This document shows positions 1-12,389 of a stretch of 64,000 nt of DNA, in pieces. The notes beneath the pieces are model-generated. The model saw only the letters and a program-made list of their open reading frames with translations. It searched no databases and was not told the origin of the DNA. The position numbers were made by a program, and so were the translations under genes. Position 1 is the first letter of the stretch; each line of letters opens with the position of its first letter. Source of the stretch: Takakia lepidozioides (taxonomy: Eukaryota > Plantae > Bryophyta); assembly GCA_030704615.1 (NCBI GenBank), contig CM060733.1, positions 45,756,001 to 45,820,000 on the forward strand, written 5' to 3'.

Positions 1-32
1 GCTGAATTAGCCAGGATAGAGTGTGGGTCCAG

Positions 33-155
33 ACTCATCCCAGAGGGCTGGACTTCAAGCACATAATTACCTATGATTCCCTGTGGGTCGCTATCTACAA
101 GAAACCTGCATGGGTAGATGGTCAACTGGAAGCAACAGAGCTGTGGCGCAGTTGA
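33..155 (+). CDS. Exon encoding the second half of an OSB-type PDF motif (gene 5' end lies outside the window); out of frame with the downstream PPR ORF
   Basis: After acceptor gtgtgggtccag| (AG 31-32) it reads THPRGLDFKHIITYDSLWVAIYKKPAWVDGQLEATELWRS* (TGA 153-155). This matches the PDF motif pattern P-x-x-PDFKH...ALW...P-x-WV. The phase-0 intron position is the same as for the PDF exon at 35766. Confidence 0.7.
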   Translation, partial: THPRGLDFKHIITYDSLWVAIYKKPAWVDGQLEATELWRS

Positions 156-3100
156 TTAAATCCGGCACCTCCACCATGACCACAGCTTCCGAAAGAGGAC
201 CTAGAGAGGGAATCCACAATGCCCCTTCTGGCACTTTTGGGCATGTGAGGATGCTATTCGAGGCAGGGCAACTGAAAGCAGGTCTACAGACTTTAAACCA
301 AGGAGGCGTATCAGCAGATTCAGATACTTATGTCTGTCTCTTGCATAAGTGTATCAAGATGAAATGCATGGAAGCCGGAAAGCAGGTGCATGCTCACATT
401 ATCCAAACTGGATTCAAGCCAAACGTTTTTCTACACAACACCCTTGTCAACATGTATGTTAAGTGCGGGAGCATCTTGGATGCTCACCGAGTGTTCAACA
501 GAATGCCTCAACGATGCTTGATCACATGGAATATAATGATGGCAGGATTTACCAAGCATGGGTGTGGTAGAAATGCTTTGGAGACATACGAACAAATGAT
601 GTGGGAAGGAGTGAAGCCCAACCACATCACGTTTGTCTGCGTTTGCAATGCGTGTGCGAGCCTGGCAGCCCTGGAAAAGGGCAAAGAGGTCCATGGTGAC
701 ATTGTCAAAGCTGGAATTGTACCAGATGTCATTCTCAACACTGCCCTGGTGGACATGTATGCCAAATGTGGGAGCATTGAAGATGCAAAGGGAGTGTTCA
801 ACAATATGGCTCAACGAAATGTGGTGTCGTGGAATGCGATGATGGCAGGATATGCACAGCAGGGGTGTGGGATGGAGGCTTTGGAGACCTATGCGCAAAT
901 GATGCGGGAAGGGGTGAAGCCCAACCTCATCACATTCGTTTGTGTTTGCAATGCATGTGCAAGCCTGGCAGCCCTGGAAAAGGGCAAAGAGGTCCATGGT
1001 GACATCGTCATAGCTGGAATTGTACCAGATGTCATTCTGAACAATACCCTTGTGGACATGTATGCCAAATGTGGGTGCATCGAAGACGCAAAGGGAGTGT
1101 TCGACAATATGGCTGAACGAAATGTGGTGTCATGGAGTGCGATGATCACAGGATATACACAGCAGGGGCGCGGGATGGAGGCTTTGGAGACCTATGAGCA
1201 AATGATGCAGGAAGGGGTGAAGCCCAACCACATCACATTTGTTTGCGTTTGCAATGCGTGTGCAAGCCTGGCAGCCTTGGAAAAGGGCAAAGAGGTCCAT
1301 GGTGACATCATCAAAGCTGGAATTGTACCAGATGTCATTCTGAACAATACCCTCGTGGACATGTATGCCAAATGTGGTTGCATCGAGGATGCAAAGAGAG
1401 TGTTTGACAATATGGCTGAACTAGATGTGGTGTCATGGAGCACAATGATCGCAGGGTATGCACAGCTGGGGTGCAGTATGGAGGCTTTAGAGACCTATGA
1501 GCAAATGATGCGGGAAGGGGTGAAGCCAAACCACATCACGTTTGTTTGCGTTTGCAATGCATGTGCGAGCCTGGCAACCCTGGAAAAGGGCAAAGAGGTC
1601 CATGGTGACATTGTCAGAAGTGGAATTGTACCAGACGTGATTCTGAATACTGCCCTGGTGGACATGTATGCCAAATGTGGGAGCATTGAAAATGCAAAGG
1701 GAGTGTTCGACAATATGGCGGAACAAAATGTTGTGTCGTGGAACGCAATGATTGCAGGATATGTACAGCAGGGGTGCGGGATGGAGGCTTTGGAGGCCTA
1801 TGTCCAAATGATGCGAGAAGGGATGAAGCCCAATCACATCACATTTGTTTGCGTTTGCAATGCATGCGCAAGCCTGGCAGCCCTGGGAAAGGGCAAAGAG
1901 GTCCATGGTGACATCGTCAAAGTTGGAATTGTACCAGATGTCATTCTGAACAATACCCTTGTGGACATGTATGCCAAATGTGGGAGCATCGATGATGCAA
2001 AGGAAGTGTTCAACAATATGGCTCAACGAAATGTGGTGTCGTGGAATGCGATGATCACAGGATATGCACAGCAGGGGCGCAGCATGGAGGCTTTGGAGAC
2101 CTATGAGCAAATGATGGGGAATGTGGTGAAGCCCAACCACATCACGTTTGTTTGCGTTTGCAATGCGTGTGCGAGCCTGGCAGCCCTGGAAAGGGGTAAA
2201 GAGGTCCATGGTGACATCGTCAGAGTTGGAATTGTACCAGATGTCATTCTGAACAATACCCTGGTGGACATGTATGCCAAATGTGGGTGCATCGAGGATG
2301 CAAAGGGAGTGTTTGACAATATGGCCGAACGAAATGTGGTGTCGTGGAGCGCGATGATCGCAGGATATGCACAGCAGTGGCGCGGGATGGAGGCTTTGGA
2401 GACCTATGAGCAAATGATACGGGAAGGGGTGAAGCCCAACCACGTCACGTTTGTCTGTGTTTGCAATGCGTGTGCGAGCCTGGCAGCCCTGGAAAAGGGA
2501 AAAGAAGTCCACGGTGACATTGTCAAAGCTGGAATTGTACCAGATATCATACTGAACACTGCTCTGGTGGACATGTATGCCAAATGTGGGAGCATCGATG
2601 ATGCAAAGGGAGTGTTCGACAATATGGCCAAACGAGATGTGGTGTCGTGGAACGGGATGATCGCAGGATATGCCCAGCATGGTTGTCATATGGAGGCCCT
2701 GCAACTATTTGAAGGAATGCAAATGGAAGGCTTGAAGCCAGACACAGTCACCTTTACATGTGTTCTCTCTGCATGCAGCCACGTTGGCCTAGTGGATGAA
2801 GGAAGACGCTACTTTGATTCCCTGAGTCAAGATCATGGTGTCACTCCCACTGTAAAGCACTTTGGCTGCATGGTGGACCTTCTTGGACGTGCGGGCCGAT
2901 TGGATGAGGCAGAGGAGCTCATTACTAAAATGCCAATCAAACCAGATGTTGTGGTGTGGAAGGCCTTGCTTGGTGCCTGCAGAATCCATGGCAATGTGGA
3001 GATGGCTGAACGTGTGGCAACCTCTATTCTCAAGTGGGATGAACAGGATGCTGCAACTTATGTGTTGCTATCATACATCTATGCTGCAGCTGGCAGGTGG

Positions 3101-3562
3101 GACAGTAGTGCAAAGGTGAGGAAAATGATGGAAGTCAGAGGGGCTAGAAAGGAGCCAGGTCGCTGCTGCATCAAGGTTGTCAACAGGGTGCACACGTTTG
3201 TTGTAGATGACAAACTGCATCCCAAAATTAAGGAAATCCATGCTGAGCTAAGAAGATTGTCTGGGCAGATGAAGGATGCAGGGTATGTGCCTGACACACG
3301 TTTTGTATTACAAGATGTGGGGGAGGAGCAAACGGAATTTTCTCTTTGCCACCACAGTGAGAAGCTGGCCATTGGTTTTGGGCTGATCAGCACGGCCCCT
3401 AGGACACCTCTCCGTCTCGTCAAGGATCTTCGGGTGTGTGGTGACTGCCACACCTCCATCAAGTTCATCTCAAAGATTGTTGGCCGAGCAATTGTTGTGC
3501 GGGACTCTAACCGCTTTCACCACTTTGAAGATGGGGTTTGTTCTTGTGGGGACTACTGGTGA
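83..3562 (+). CDS. PLS-class PPR protein with E1/E2/DYW domain (organellar C-to-U RNA editing factor), 26 PPR motifs, intronless
   Basis: L-S-P triplets, P2-L2-S2, E1, E2, PG box (KEPGRCCI), HSEKLA...CGDCH zinc deaminase motif, terminal DYW. Candidate ATGs at 110 and 176. Confidence 0.97.
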   Translation: MGRYLQETCMGRWSTGSNRAVAQLIKSGTSTMTTASERGPREGIHNAPSGTFGHVRMLFEAGQLKAGLQTLNQGGVSADSDTYVCLLHKCIKMKCMEAGKQVHAHIIQTGFKPNVFLHNTLVNMYVKCGSILDAHRVFNRMPQRCLITWNIMMAGFTKHGCGRNALETYEQMMWEGVKPNHITFVCVCNACASLAALEKGKEVHGDIVKAGIVPDVILNTALVDMYAKCGSIEDAKGVFNNMAQRNVVSWNAMMAGYAQQGCGMEALETYAQMMREGVKPNLITFVCVCNACASLAALEKGKEVHGDIVIAGIVPDVILNNTLVDMYAKCGCIEDAKGVFDNMAERNVVSWSAMITGYTQQGRGMEALETYEQMMQEGVKPNHITFVCVCNACASLAALEKGKEVHGDIIKAGIVPDVILNNTLVDMYAKCGCIEDAKRVFDNMAELDVVSWSTMIAGYAQLGCSMEALETYEQMMREGVKPNHITFVCVCNACASLATLEKGKEVHGDIVRSGIVPDVILNTALVDMYAKCGSIENAKGVFDNMAEQNVVSWNAMIAGYVQQGCGMEALEAYVQMMREGMKPNHITFVCVCNACASLAALGKGKEVHGDIVKVGIVPDVILNNTLVDMYAKCGSIDDAKEVFNNMAQRNVVSWNAMITGYAQQGRSMEALETYEQMMGNVVKPNHITFVCVCNACASLAALERGKEVHGDIVRVGIVPDVILNNTLVDMYAKCGCIEDAKGVFDNMAERNVVSWSAMIAGYAQQWRGMEALETYEQMIREGVKPNHVTFVCVCNACASLAALEKGKEVHGDIVKAGIVPDIILNTALVDMYAKCGSIDDAKGVFDNMAKRDVVSWNGMIAGYAQHGCHMEALQLFEGMQMEGLKPDTVTFTCVLSACSHVGLVDEGRRYFDSLSQDHGVTPTVKHFGCMVDLLGRAGRLDEAEELITKMPIKPDVVVWKALLGACRIHGNVEMAERVATSILKWDEQDAATYVLLSYIYAAAGRWDSSAKVRKMMEVRGARKEPGRCCIKVVNRVHTFVVDDKLHPKIKEIHAELRRLSGQMKDAGYVPDTRFVLQDVGEEQTEFSLCHHSEKLAIGFGLISTAPRTPLRLVKDLRVCGDCHTSIKFISKIVGRAIVVRDSNRFHHFEDGVCSCGDYW
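611..2731 (+). repeat. Seven near-identical 303-bp coding tandem repeats (L-S-P triplet)
   Basis: (G/A)TGAAGCC(C/A)AA recurs at 611, 914, 1217, 1520, 1823, 2126 and 2429, an exact 303-bp period. Confidence 0.95.
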
Positions 3563-4260
3563 AACAATGTTTCCCCGGGAATGTGGGAGTGTCTTGCTTC
3601 TTTCATTGATCTGTCTAGCTTCTCAATCCATCCACCATTTCCTGAGAATATTCACTCTGATGTACTGTTGAGGGAATTTCCTGTGGCATATCTATAGGAA
3701 ATGGTAGTGGGGTCTACCCAGCATGGGTGGCACTTGACTGGAGCAGATAATGAGTGTAAGGGGGAATTTCGACTGACTCTGGTGATAGTGGAAGGAAATC
3801 AGAGTCCTGTCCTACTTTTGGTGTGGGTGTTCTAGCTTCTGCGAAAAGTGAAGATGAAAGTGGATACAATTTGTAATGAGCTTGACTAGAGGGGCAGCCT
3901 TGTGCCCAAGTTTGCTCAGCATCCTAAGTCTGGACATGTTTGTATGTTTCTCATGGTGCTTCTTCAGATAGAGCCTTTGACTGTGAATGTTGTCAAGAGC
4001 TAGCCTTGCCCACCAAGAGCTAATCCCCTGGTGGCCACTTGAAAGTTCACTTAGTGATTATAAAGGTATTCGGGTATTCTGTTATCGATTGATGCTGCTC
4101 GGCATGAATTGGATTTTCAGGACTCCCTCACTTGGTCTGTGCATGTTGGAGTTCAAGGTTGGGGGACGGAGTCCACCTATTCCACCCACTTCAGAACATA
4201 ACTGCCTACAGTTCGAGATCAGGCATGTATGAAACAATTGTATACTAAACAGTTGTGCCA

Positions 4261-4284
4261 GAAGAAGAAGAAGAAGAAGAAGAA
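4261..4284 (+). repeat. (GAA)8 microsatellite
   Basis: Direct reading. Confidence 0.9.
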
Positions 4285-4430
4285 GGGCCTCCCGTCCCTT
4301 CTTTCATTTTTAAAGTACTTAAGGAATCGGAGATCAGGCCCGAAATCAGACAAGGAAAAAATAAATTGTATCAGAAACAAAATAGATACATTCAATTGAG
4401 TGGCAGATAGATACTTTCCAGAGGTCAGAT

Positions 4431-4730
4431 TGGGCCTGCCCTAAGTGGAGCTCACCTGTTTCGCCAGAACATGCTTGCACCCCAATGTGGCCCGTGGAAT
4501 TAGGGGGCCACGTTCTCCCACCCCCCTCGCGGGATCAAATTCTGGCAAGGGCGGGCAACGAGCGGGGGGGTCCGCAAGTGCGGCAGGAGAATTGTTTTTT
4601 TGTTTTTTTTCCTTCTTTGTTTTGTTTTGTTTTGTTATTTATTTATTTTTGTTTTTTGCGTTCTGGCCACACCTGCTCTGCATATCTTGTTTATGGTGCT
4701 GTTGTATGTGAGGCGGTTGGTAAACCCTAA
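4431..4730 (+). promoter_or_regulatory. eIF6 promoter elements: site II motif (TGGGCC 4431) and telo-box (AAACCCTAA 4722-4730)
   Basis: This motif pair is typical of plant translation and ribosome biogenesis genes and lies 110-410 bp upstream of the ATG at 4840. Confidence 0.55.
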
Positions 4731-4839
4731 ACCCCAAGCTTGCTACCGGCCTCTCCTCTTGTAGAGCCTACCTCTCGATTGTGTTCCACCACCTCGCAAA
4801 CGGGCTGCAATGATCTATCTGACAGCGCCGTAAATCAGC

Positions 4840-7800
4840 ATGGCGACCAGTACGCTTCCGTTTCATTTCTGTTCCTATCAATATAAATCTGTCGTGTTCG
4901 AAATGCGGTTGTTCGTGCTACTCGTTGGCTTCTTTGGTTTTGTTAAGTGGCCATGGCCTCGGTATAGTAATGGGCGTCATTTTGTACTTGTTCAGAACCA
5001 TACTGAACATAGCAACAGGCTTAAGGTTTATGTTTAAGGTTTCTGGCACCGCACCTTAATTTTCTTGTTATCTTGGATGCCAGCATGGATATACGTGACA
5101 CAACCGTGCTGGCTCCCCTTGTTGAAGGAGCAGCTGACATCTGAGCACATGCATTGTTGTGTAGGGTCACAGTTTGAGAATAGCAGTGAAATTGGTGTAT
5201 TTTCAAAGCTCACCAATGCTTACTGCCTGGTGGCCATTGGGGGATCAGAGAACTTCTACAGGTAATTTTCCTGGACCTTTTACCTTATTTCGGTCCATAA
5301 CATGCTCTTCTCACTCTTCTTAGCATCCTCTACCTGCTCTTGCTAACCTCATGGTATTGAAAAATTTAAACATTGCAGGTCCTTTACATGTATCCAGGAG
5401 GTTGGGGATTTTCGGTCAATTTTCTAGCATGTGATTTGGGCCTGCGGAAGCCATTTTGTGCATTAGTATGCCATATTGACAGATACAAAGTTGGGAAGGA
5501 AGCTGATGGGAGAGAGTAGGAAGTCCGTATCGTGATACAGTGGGGATCGATAATTGTTGTGATGACAGCACATTTGAAGCAGAGCTCGCAGATGTGGTGC
5601 CTGTTGTGAAGGCGTCAATTGCTGGCACACGTGTTATAGGCCGGATGTGTGTGGGTAAGCCCAATTGTCCCTCAAAGTTGTTTATATTCAGGACACATGT
5701 TCTTAAGATTACTGGCTACAGCATGTATGTATACTTGAGAGTAAATGAATGAGGTCAGGGGATCGTTAGACCTCAAAAGTGACGAGCTCAAGGCTTGTGT
5801 AGGGTAAGTCAGTTCCTTGGATTTAAGTTTAAGATACTTTAGACCATGCATCTTTTCAGTCACTTGGGCTGCACCTAGGGCAAATGGTTTGCAGTGTCCT
5901 GATTTGCAGGGAAATTTTGCCCAGCTCAAGGTCAGTTATACTTTGATGTATCAGCAAGTTTGGAATGAATTGACAAATCTGCATGACCTGGACGACCTCG
6001 GCACTCAATCTCCAGCCCATTTGGGCTATACGAGAAGACCCCTCAAAAGAAATAGAGCTAGGCTGATAGAAGTTTTTGGTGTGGAGCAGGCAACAAGAAT
6101 GGTTTGCTGCTACCCAACTCTACTACTGATCAAGGTGTGCTCTTTGTTACACATCCTTATTTTGGCCTGCTCGGTTTTGAAGCTGTTAGATCTGTTGTAA
6201 AGACTAGTGTGCCTTTCCCACCGCTTGATTTTGCATTGGGTCCCAGCCCATGCCAAAGGGAATATACGTAACGAGTTATTTGGTCCACCTTGTAAAATAG
6301 TATCTGGTTGCGGGTGTGTAACAGAGCTGCTCCACATGAGGAACTGCTTGCCGGATAGTGTGGTAGTCCAAAGAGTGGACGAGCGGTTGTCTGCACTGGG
6401 CAACTGCATCACCTGTAATGACTATGTGTCACTCATTCATACAGATCTGGACAGGGTGGGTGTCTTGCTGCCTTGCTTTGGGAACTTTCTGAGGGCTTAC
6501 TATACCATAGTCTGTCCACAATGGTCTGTTCATAACTCTCCTACACAACTAAACTACTTAGGAGTGTAGCAAACTGTCCAGGGCACCAGGGTGTAGCAGT
6601 TCTGGCGTGTGCTTCATTTGTGTTTCCCCTGCTTTTGGCATTTGCAGCCGGGATCTAGTGTGCTTGTTCAATTTCTAGGATTTGCAATGGCAGGAGCCCT
6701 TTTCAACGTAGTTATTGATACCTGTTCAATATGAAGTAGGGTGGGATGTCCCAGCATGCAGTTTTAGTGATCACAAGGCATGCTCTGAGCTTGTTTGAAC
6801 CCATGATGGACATGCATAAGTGTTGCTCCCGTGTCCAGATAGATGAGGGAGGATACTGCCAATTTGATGTGCCTGAACGGCAACAGCTAGGACAGGAGTT
6901 ACCCAGTTAGCATGTAAGGATGGTGGTGTTATCAATTGGACAAGCCTGCATAGCCATACAACCTATGTACAAGACAGGCTAGTGACAAGATTGTTAGACA
7001 CGTCATGAAGAGGTTGTCTCACAGGACTGGTGTGGGTGGATGCCACAGGAAACAGAGGAGTTGATAGCAGATGTGCTCGGTGTGGAGGTCTTCAGGCAAA
7101 CAATTGCTGGCAACATCCTTGTAGGCAGCTACTGTGTTTTCTCCAATCGTGGTGGTTTGGTGAGTCTCTATCATTTTCCTTCAGTGGTGTTGTAGGGTTA
7201 CACCACTTGGATATAGTTCTCATTACGGGGCCAAGACGGAGAGAAGAGTGTGCAGGCCTATTGCAGTAGCAATGACCGCCGAGGCCTTGCATCACTGCAA
7301 AACAGAAGGGGAGAGGGGGGGGGATGTGTGCTTTGCATGGTTGAATAACTGTTACATACTTTTGAGCATTCATTGAGTTCAAAACCTGTGAAGATTGTCA
7401 AAATTCTTGCAAACCGGATTGGATTCCACAAAACTTCTGAAGACAACTTATGGCCTGACACCTCAATTGGACATATCTACATTGGAGAATTGGGTGTAAG
7501 TTAGCTAGTAAAAAATAGTTTTCTCCTAATAATTTGCTGGTGTCGAATGGAGCTCATCTTTTTGTAGATGATGATGCAAGGGTGTAGGCAATGTCACTTT
7601 GAACTCTGAAACCAAAGATTGTCTTTCAGAGAAAATGTGAACTCCGTAAGTCTGTTGTATGTTGGATGCCCAAATTACAAAGGAAATCAGGTAAGACCCC
7701 TTTTGACGTGAAAGAGTCAACTCTTTCCTGTTAGTATCAGATCCAAAGTCCAAGCCGTATAACCAGTATAACCAATCTCACGTGGTGAGCTAGCCTTTTG

Positions 7801-8437
7801 TGAGGGGAAGAGTTAAAGAATTACTGGTTAGTCTCTATCATTTAAAGAATTACTATAAACATGCTGAAAATCATCTACATGTGGAGACTGACTCAGTCCT
7901 TGCACGCATGTAATGGTTAATGAAGACTCCATTGAGGCTTTTGCTGTTGTAAAGAGGGCAGGTTGATGCCCATGAGGATGGAAAGTTTGAATGAGAGAAT
8001 TTCTAAACATGAGAAAGGATTGAAAACTCCAACCCTCCAGCAAGTGAGGAGTTGGACGGTAGTTGGGGAAAAGGGAGAGAGAGCAACAATTTCACTTAAA
8101 GTGCGCAGCATGATAGGCTCGCTACAATCAACATTCGCATGGAGTTGACAGGTCATAGGTGTGTGGTGGGTGTGAACAGGTGCATCCTCACACATCGATA
8201 GAGGACTTGGATGAGTTGTCGTCATTGTTGCAAGTGCCATTGGTGGCAGGCACAGTCAACCGAGGAAGTGAGGTAGTAGGTGCCGGACTTGTTGTCAATG
8301 ACTGGACTGCATTTTGCGGGTTGGACACCACAGCGACCGAGCTGTCAGTGATAGAGAGTGTATTCAAGCTGCGGGAAGCTCAGCCTAGTGCCATTGTCAA
8401 TGACATGCGGGCTTCTCTCATTGACAGCATGTCATGA
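4840..8437 (+). CDS. eIF6: Eukaryotic translation initiation factor 6; exons 4840-4849, 5165-5261, 5569-5654, 6090-6134, 6325-6455, 7049-7159, 8180-8437
   Basis: Spliced product [42 protein letters not shown]...[16 protein letters not shown]...[14 protein letters not shown]...SLIDSMS. All introns are GT-AG with consistent phases. Confidence 0.96.
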
Positions 8438-9481
8438 GTACCCGGCCTTTCCCATCTTATTTTGATGGCAGTTGGGGTGTGCATATCCCATGATCTGCTC
8501 ATTTGAGCCTGGTGCCAAACTTAGCTGAAGTTACATGGCAGCTTTTGGTTGAAATGCAAATTTCCAAGATCACTGCTGGCCTCAATTGCACCCTTTGTTC
8601 CCCTTTGAGAGACTCTTCTCCCTCAGTCAACCCAAGCTGGTTGCTATTGTGAGGATGGAGAAGCAGACAGGGGTTGGTTTCTGCCGTAGTAGAGCTGGTT
8701 TGATGCAAGACACCAGTGATGAGCAGAGATGCATTCAGGGCGGCATCTGAAGGTTACTAAGAGTTGTCCCTTGCAGCAACCATCACATTCCAATGAATGC
8801 ACTGACAGCAGAAGGGTAGTTAAGGTCATGAACTGTGCTTCATTGGCATTATCCTAGACTCTCACTCTCTACCTTATGCTTGACAACCATCGTGACAGTG
8901 AGGATATGCCTAATTGATGGCTCTGGGCGCTGCGTGAGGCAATGCTTTAGAGCAGAGCTAGGGCAAGTCTGCTTCAGGGCAGGACTTAGCTAAGTTGCAG
9001 TAAAGATTTTACTGGTCTCTGATCACTAGGTGCTAACTGGATTTCCTTGTTGGCTAACTAAGCACAGTGCTTGTATGGTTAGGTTGACTGTATGATGAAA
9101 TCAATTACATCCAAGTTTTCTCAAATTATGAGCTGAGATTTGGACCTAATCAGGGCTCAATGTGGTAGTGTCACAAACACACTAAACCATGGAGTGTCAA
9201 GGCTGTGATTTCAGTTTTGTAGAAAAATCTGGGAGCAACAATAAATGTTCTTTGTTGCATTATAAACTGATAAAATGAGTTGAGGATGGACCATGGGACA
9301 TGGAGCATAGGGAGTGCATGAATGGCGGATGTGGAGCATGGAGGCGCATGGAGGCTCGCTATGGCGGCCATAGCATGGCATGGGTCCTCATGGAGGCTTG
9401 GAGTGCAATTAATGCTGGGCCACATGAGGAGCCCTTTCTCCCTTTAATGTGGACTCTACATTAATGTGACCCTGACAAGGG

Positions 9482-9604
9482 CTCTATAGGGAGACCATGG
9501 AGGAGTAGATTACAAATAGCCCCTCTATAGGGAGACCTTGGAGGAGTAGATTACAAATAGCTTCTCTATAGGAGACCTTGGAGGAGTAGATTACAAATAG
9601 CCCC
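9482..9604. repeat. Three tandem ~40-bp units (CTCTATAGGGAGACC(A/T)TGGAGGAGTAGATTACAAATAG)
   Basis: Direct reading. Confidence 0.9.
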
Positions 9605-10157
9605 AAGGAACGCCGCAGTACTTCCCACTCAGCTGCTCATTAATTGTGGGAACATGAACCACTTTTAATGTATAGAAAAGTCCAAAGTGGAACAAAATAT
9701 ACCCTATTTATACTAAAAATTAAGATACAATATACCCTTTGTGTACAGGCTATTTCCGCGAAAGCACTTTATTTCCACGAAAACTAGGTGGTAATGCTCA
9801 TCCTCATGAAATAGCAACCCTCATCCAAGTATAGTGGTAGTCATGACACAGAGTCATATAAACCATGTCAGTGACTGAGGTCACTACCATTTACCATAGC
9901 TTCGTACATCACGAAGTGATATAGTCACCTATTTGTCTCCAATTTGTCTCCATGTGGCCAAATACTTCGGACTAAATGGCTTTGTGCACAACTCTATAAT
10001 CATATATTTGGTCAAATATGCCATGATTGGGGAAAGGGCATAATCATGAAAACCGCATTGTATTGCAGTATAGCTTATCATTAGACAAATTTAGGTGGGT
10101 TAGATTGGTAATAGTGTGTTGACAATGTCTATTAAGAACACACGATAGGTTTATTAA

Positions 10158-11000
10158 CCCTATGATCAGCTAACTTTTTTCACTTTTGCAAAAAATCGAT
10201 ATATACTATATAGTATATACCTTGACTGAACTAGCTATATCTTCCTACCCCTATCCATCCACTTGGATGAACTTTACAACCTCATCCCTACTGACGACAT
10301 GAACACCATCAAAAAATATGGGCAGGTTTGACAGTTGCAAATGGGAGATTATAACAAAAAGAAATGACAAAAATTGGAACCCAAATGAAAATTATGTGAC
10401 AAAAAATGGTTTGACCATGGAAATTTTCTAATATCCATATTTTTCTTGGATGAATTGCCTCCACATGCACAATTAGGGGCAGATAGAAGGTGCTCTCTTA
10501 AAATCTCAAAATGAAAGACCTAAAATTTAGTGGGGGTGCTTTCGTGTGAATTTTGGGGGTACCCAATTTGCTGTAGTGAACCAAGGCTCCTAAAATGTCT
10601 AAAATTGTAATTGGAATCCAAATTCCTATGGTCAGTCTTTTCTTTGCTCCAATGTAAAGTACATTGCCAAAAAAATTCTGATTGCGAGCAAATTTCTAGG
10701 TTGGATGGAGCATTTTCTGAGATGCCTTTAGGCCTACCACTTGGGCGGTTGACCTGTGTGAACACCCCTAGGCTGCCACGTGGGCGGTTGACATGCTTGG
10801 ACACCACCCAAATCTGGTACCCCAGACACTCAAAAAATCATAGTGTACAAAAAATTTACGGTTTTCATGTGTTGTTTGTTGGAGCATGTAGAGATACAGG
10901 GCGCGTATAAATTTTCATTCAGGCCGCATGTTCATCTGACTTCATCCATGGAAGTTACTGCATGGATGAAAAATGAAACGGTCACGTGGTCGTTTAGGGG
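10158..11000. mobile_element. Older TTAA-flanked non-autonomous DNA transposon (piggyBac-like MITE) with degenerate TIRs
   Basis: TTAA at 10154-10157 and 11001-11004. Ends read CCCTATGATCAGC... and ...GTGGTCGTTTAGGGG. The satellite monomer resumes across the insertion. Confidence 0.6.
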
Positions 11001-11574
11001 TTAATTAATCAATTACAAGAACAATAAAAATTTATTAACTTATTGTTATGCATATAAATTTGGCCACTGCATGCAGATGTTAGGTTGCATTAAGTGTGCA
11101 CTCTGTGTTGACAATGTCTGTCAAGAACAAAATGCTCATGTGTATTAATTCATTCATTATATGAACAACAAGATTTTAGTATTTATTAGCTTGTTATTAG
11201 GTAAATTTAGGTCGGTTAGGTTGGTAAGCGTGTGTTGACAATGTGTATTAAGAACACACCAGTGACCTAGGTGTATTAACTAATCAAGTGTATGAACAAT
11301 AATAATCTCCTAACTTATTATTGGGCATATAAATTAGGTGGTCACTGTATGCAAATTAGGTTGCACTAAGTGCATGTTGACAATGTCTATCAAGAACACA
11401 ATGCTTAGGTGTATTAACTAATTCATTATAGGAACAAGAAGAATTTATTAGCTTATTATTAGAATTAGGTGGATTAGGTTGGTAAGTGTGTGTTAACAAT
11501 GTCTATTAATAACACGATAGTGCTTCAAGTGTATTAACTAATCAATTGCAATATGAACAACAAGACTCTATTAA

Positions 11575-12389
11575 CCCTTAAGTTCCCAAGCGACCTGAAT
11601 CGGGTCACTTTGAATTTGCAGTTCGACCTAATTTTTGGAGATCTAATCTGATGGGGCCCACTCCTGAAGCTTTAATGACAAGGGATTTGTCTCAAGTATG
11701 ATGCAAAAAAAAAAAAACAAACAAACAAAAAAAAACAAAAGCTACTACCTACAAAAAATATCTTAGATCTCTCATTTACGTTTTGGGGCCTGAAAAGGGC
11801 TTGTTGACCGCTGACGTGGCAGGTAAACAAGCCCAAAACAGATTGCACTCCAAAGCCCATTTTTGGCATAAAATTAGCAATTTTGGAAAAAGCACTTCAC
11901 TTGTGGTGTGTGAGCATTACATACACACATCCACCATTGGCTTTTAAAAAATTTGTAGAAAAAAAAGTACTTCATTTGGAGGCACATTTTCTCTTGTCAA
12001 TTTTGAGATTTCAACCCCCATGTAATTGCATGCAAAGCAAGCATAGGTGAAAAAATCAGTTGGACCTGCAATTTAGTGGGGTCATAGCGACTCCACCATT
12101 GATTTGGGGGCAAGCAAAATTGGATAAAGCTAGGTTTTGATTTGGTCAAACCAATTTCTTTCTCACTTTTTCTTTGGGACCTGATATTTGAGGTCGGGCC
12201 AACGTTATAATCTCACAATTTCCACGGTGGACTTGGCTTCTTTTATGGTATGTCATGCATAAATGAGTTGGGCCCATTGCTATAAGGCTGGAATCTCTGG
12301 ATGATTTTCGGTAGGTTTCTAGGGGCAATTACTGCAGCTGGGTACCCAAAATTGGTAAAAAGTCAAAAAAGGGCTTGGGAACTTAAGGG
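11575..12389. mobile_element. piggyBac-like MITE with perfect 17-bp TIR CCCTTAAGTTCCCAAGC and TTAA target duplication
   Basis: TTAA at 11571-11574 and 12390-12393. Removing the element restores the satellite unit. Confidence 0.85.

Noticed and set aside
431-2704. Long and recurring antisense ORFs (e.g. 1487-2704, 405 aa)
   Set aside because: Shadows of the repeated PPR coding strand.
3142-3562. U-to-C (DYW:KP) editing factor
   Set aside because: Both DYW domains have PG boxes, HSE and a DYW end, i.e. the C-to-U type.
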